Shown: piece after piece, positions 5,239-5,979 of the stretch
Numbering within the stretch: position 1 is the stretch's first letter
Layout: the number at the start of each line of letters is the position of its first letter
IMG/VR virus record: IMGVR_UViG_2690316311_000021
Direction: 5' to 3' (one strand)
Origin: a virus
Lineage: Duplodnaviria; Heunggongvirae; Uroviricota; Caudoviricetes
DNA: 5,979 bases
Notes under the pieces: model-generated
Seen by the model: only the letters and a program-made list of their open reading frames with translations
Database searches by the model: none
What the model was told of the DNA's origin: nothing
Translations under genes and position numbers: made by a program

Positions 5239-5407
5239 AAAGTGAATTTTGTGATGCGGTGAATGCGGCTGAGCGCACGCGGAACAGTTAAAACCAAAAA
5301 CAGTGTTATGGGTGGATTCTCTGTATCCGGCGTTAATTGTTAACTGGTTAACGTCACCTGGAGGCACCAGGCACTGCATCACAAAATTCATTGTTGAGGA
5401 CGCGATA

Positions 5408-5596
5408 ATGGAAACGTTATTACCAAACGTTAATACGTCTGAAGGTTGTTTTGAAATTGGTGTCACTATCAGTAACCCTGTATTTACTGAAGATGCCATT
5501 AACAAGAGAAAACACGAACGGGAGTTATTAAATAAAATATGCATTCTTTCAATGCTGGCCCGTTTACGTCCGATACAAAAAGGATGCTGGCAATGA
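5408..5596 (+). CDS. dicB: DicB cell-division inhibitor, 62 aa
   Basis: ATG 5408 with GAGGA SD at 7-nt spacing. The translation METLLPNVNTSEGCFEIGVTISNPVFTEDAINKRKHERELLNKICILSMLARLRPIQKGCWQ is nearly identical to recalled E. coli DicB (MKTLLPNVNTSEGCFEIGVTISNPVFTEDAINKRK...). The ORF-track entry 5303..5596 is an upstream extension in the same frame. Confidence 0.85.
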   Translation: METLLPNVNTSEGCFEIGVTISNPVFTEDAINKRKHERELLNKICILSMLARLRPIQKGCWQ

Positions 5597-5784
5597 ATAC
5601 AGCATTTGCACTTGTTCTGACAGTTTTTCTTGTTTCCGGAGAGCCAGTTGATATTGCAGTCAGTGTTCACAGGACAATGCAGGAGTGTGTGACTGCAGCA
5701 ACCGAACAGAAAATTCCCGGTAACTGTTACCCTGTCGATAAAGTTATTCACCAGGATAATAACGAAATCCCGGCAGGTCTTTAA
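5593..5784 (+). CDS. ydfD: YdfD-like small protein with an N-terminal hydrophobic segment (reported lysis protein), 63 aa
   Basis: ATG 5593 overlaps the dicB stop (caATGAat) and has an AAGGA SD at 8-nt spacing. MNTAFALVLTVFLVSGEPVDIAVSVHRTMQECVTAATEQKIPGNCYPVDKVIHQDNNEIPAGL matches recalled Qin YdfD. The ORF-track entry 5539..5784 is an upstream extension. Confidence 0.8.
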   Translation: MNTAFALVLTVFLVSGEPVDIAVSVHRTMQECVTAATEQKIPGNCYPVDKVIHQDNNEIPAGL

Positions 5785-5876
5785 AACAGTTCCGTAATAA
5801 ACATCCGATTTCATTCTTATATGCCAGAAATGGCAGGGATTTGTTCACCCTTAAATCTGTAATGAGGTAAAACAAA

Positions 5877-5979
5877 ATGAGTAAAGTCTTTATTTGCGCC
5901 GCCATTCCGGACGAACAGGCAATAAAGGAAGAAGGTGCAGTCGCTGTAGCCACTGCCATTGAAGCCGGTGATGAACGTC
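5877..5979 (+). CDS. 5' part of a larger gene running off the window (MSKVFICAAIPDEQAIKEEGAVAVATAIEAGDER...); ydfE-like by position
   Basis: ATG 5877 is preceded by GAGG (5864-5867) with a 9-nt spacer. The frame is open to the window end. The gene order after ydfD in Qin-type prophages suggests a ydfE-like protein. Confidence 0.65.
   Translation, partial: MSKVFICAAIPDEQAIKEEGAVAVATAIEAGDER

Noticed and set aside
5303-5596. 97-aa and 81-aa (5539..5784) long forms from the ORF track
   Set aside because: The recognisable DicB and YdfD proteins begin at internal ATGs (5408 and 5593), each with its own SD. The upstream extensions are unsupported.
5209-5814. 201-aa minus-strand ORF
   Set aside because: Antisense to DicF, dicB and ydfD. 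The translation is very Cys/Asn-rich and low-complexity, and the plus-strand genes match known proteins.
5744-5959. 71-aa minus-strand ORF
   Set aside because: Antisense to the ydfD 3' end and the ydfE-like 5' end, with no RBS.

Overview
This window reads as the immunity and replication core of a lambdoid prophage of the Qin / CP-933 type (E. coli-like), with the right end of an IS3-family insertion sequence at its left edge (1-127). No tools were run; every identification rests on reading the sequence and on recalled protein/RNA sequences, so family names need confirmation by search. Minus strand, transcribed leftward from a divergent operator region at 3749-3842: a DicC/Cro-like regulator, a YdaT-like protein, an O-like replication initiator, a lambda-P-like helicase loader, then three small genes of unknown function. 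Plus strand: a CI/C2-type repressor (HTH plus S24 peptidase domain), a strong intrinsic terminator, a PL-like promoter/operator, a 50-aa ydfA-like ORF, the DicF sRNA, dicB, ydfD and the start of a ydfE-like gene. The most notable unexplained structure is two arrays of GTGAC repeats at 10-11 bp spacing inside the O-like gene, which I interpret as candidate origin iterons. Other points worth checking are the 209-bp O/P overlap, the apparently missing ydfB/ydfC genes, a repressor linker with no Ala-Gly or Cys-Gly cleavage dipeptide, and the uncharacterised three-gene module between P and the IS. I did not find a clearly novel multi-gene system.
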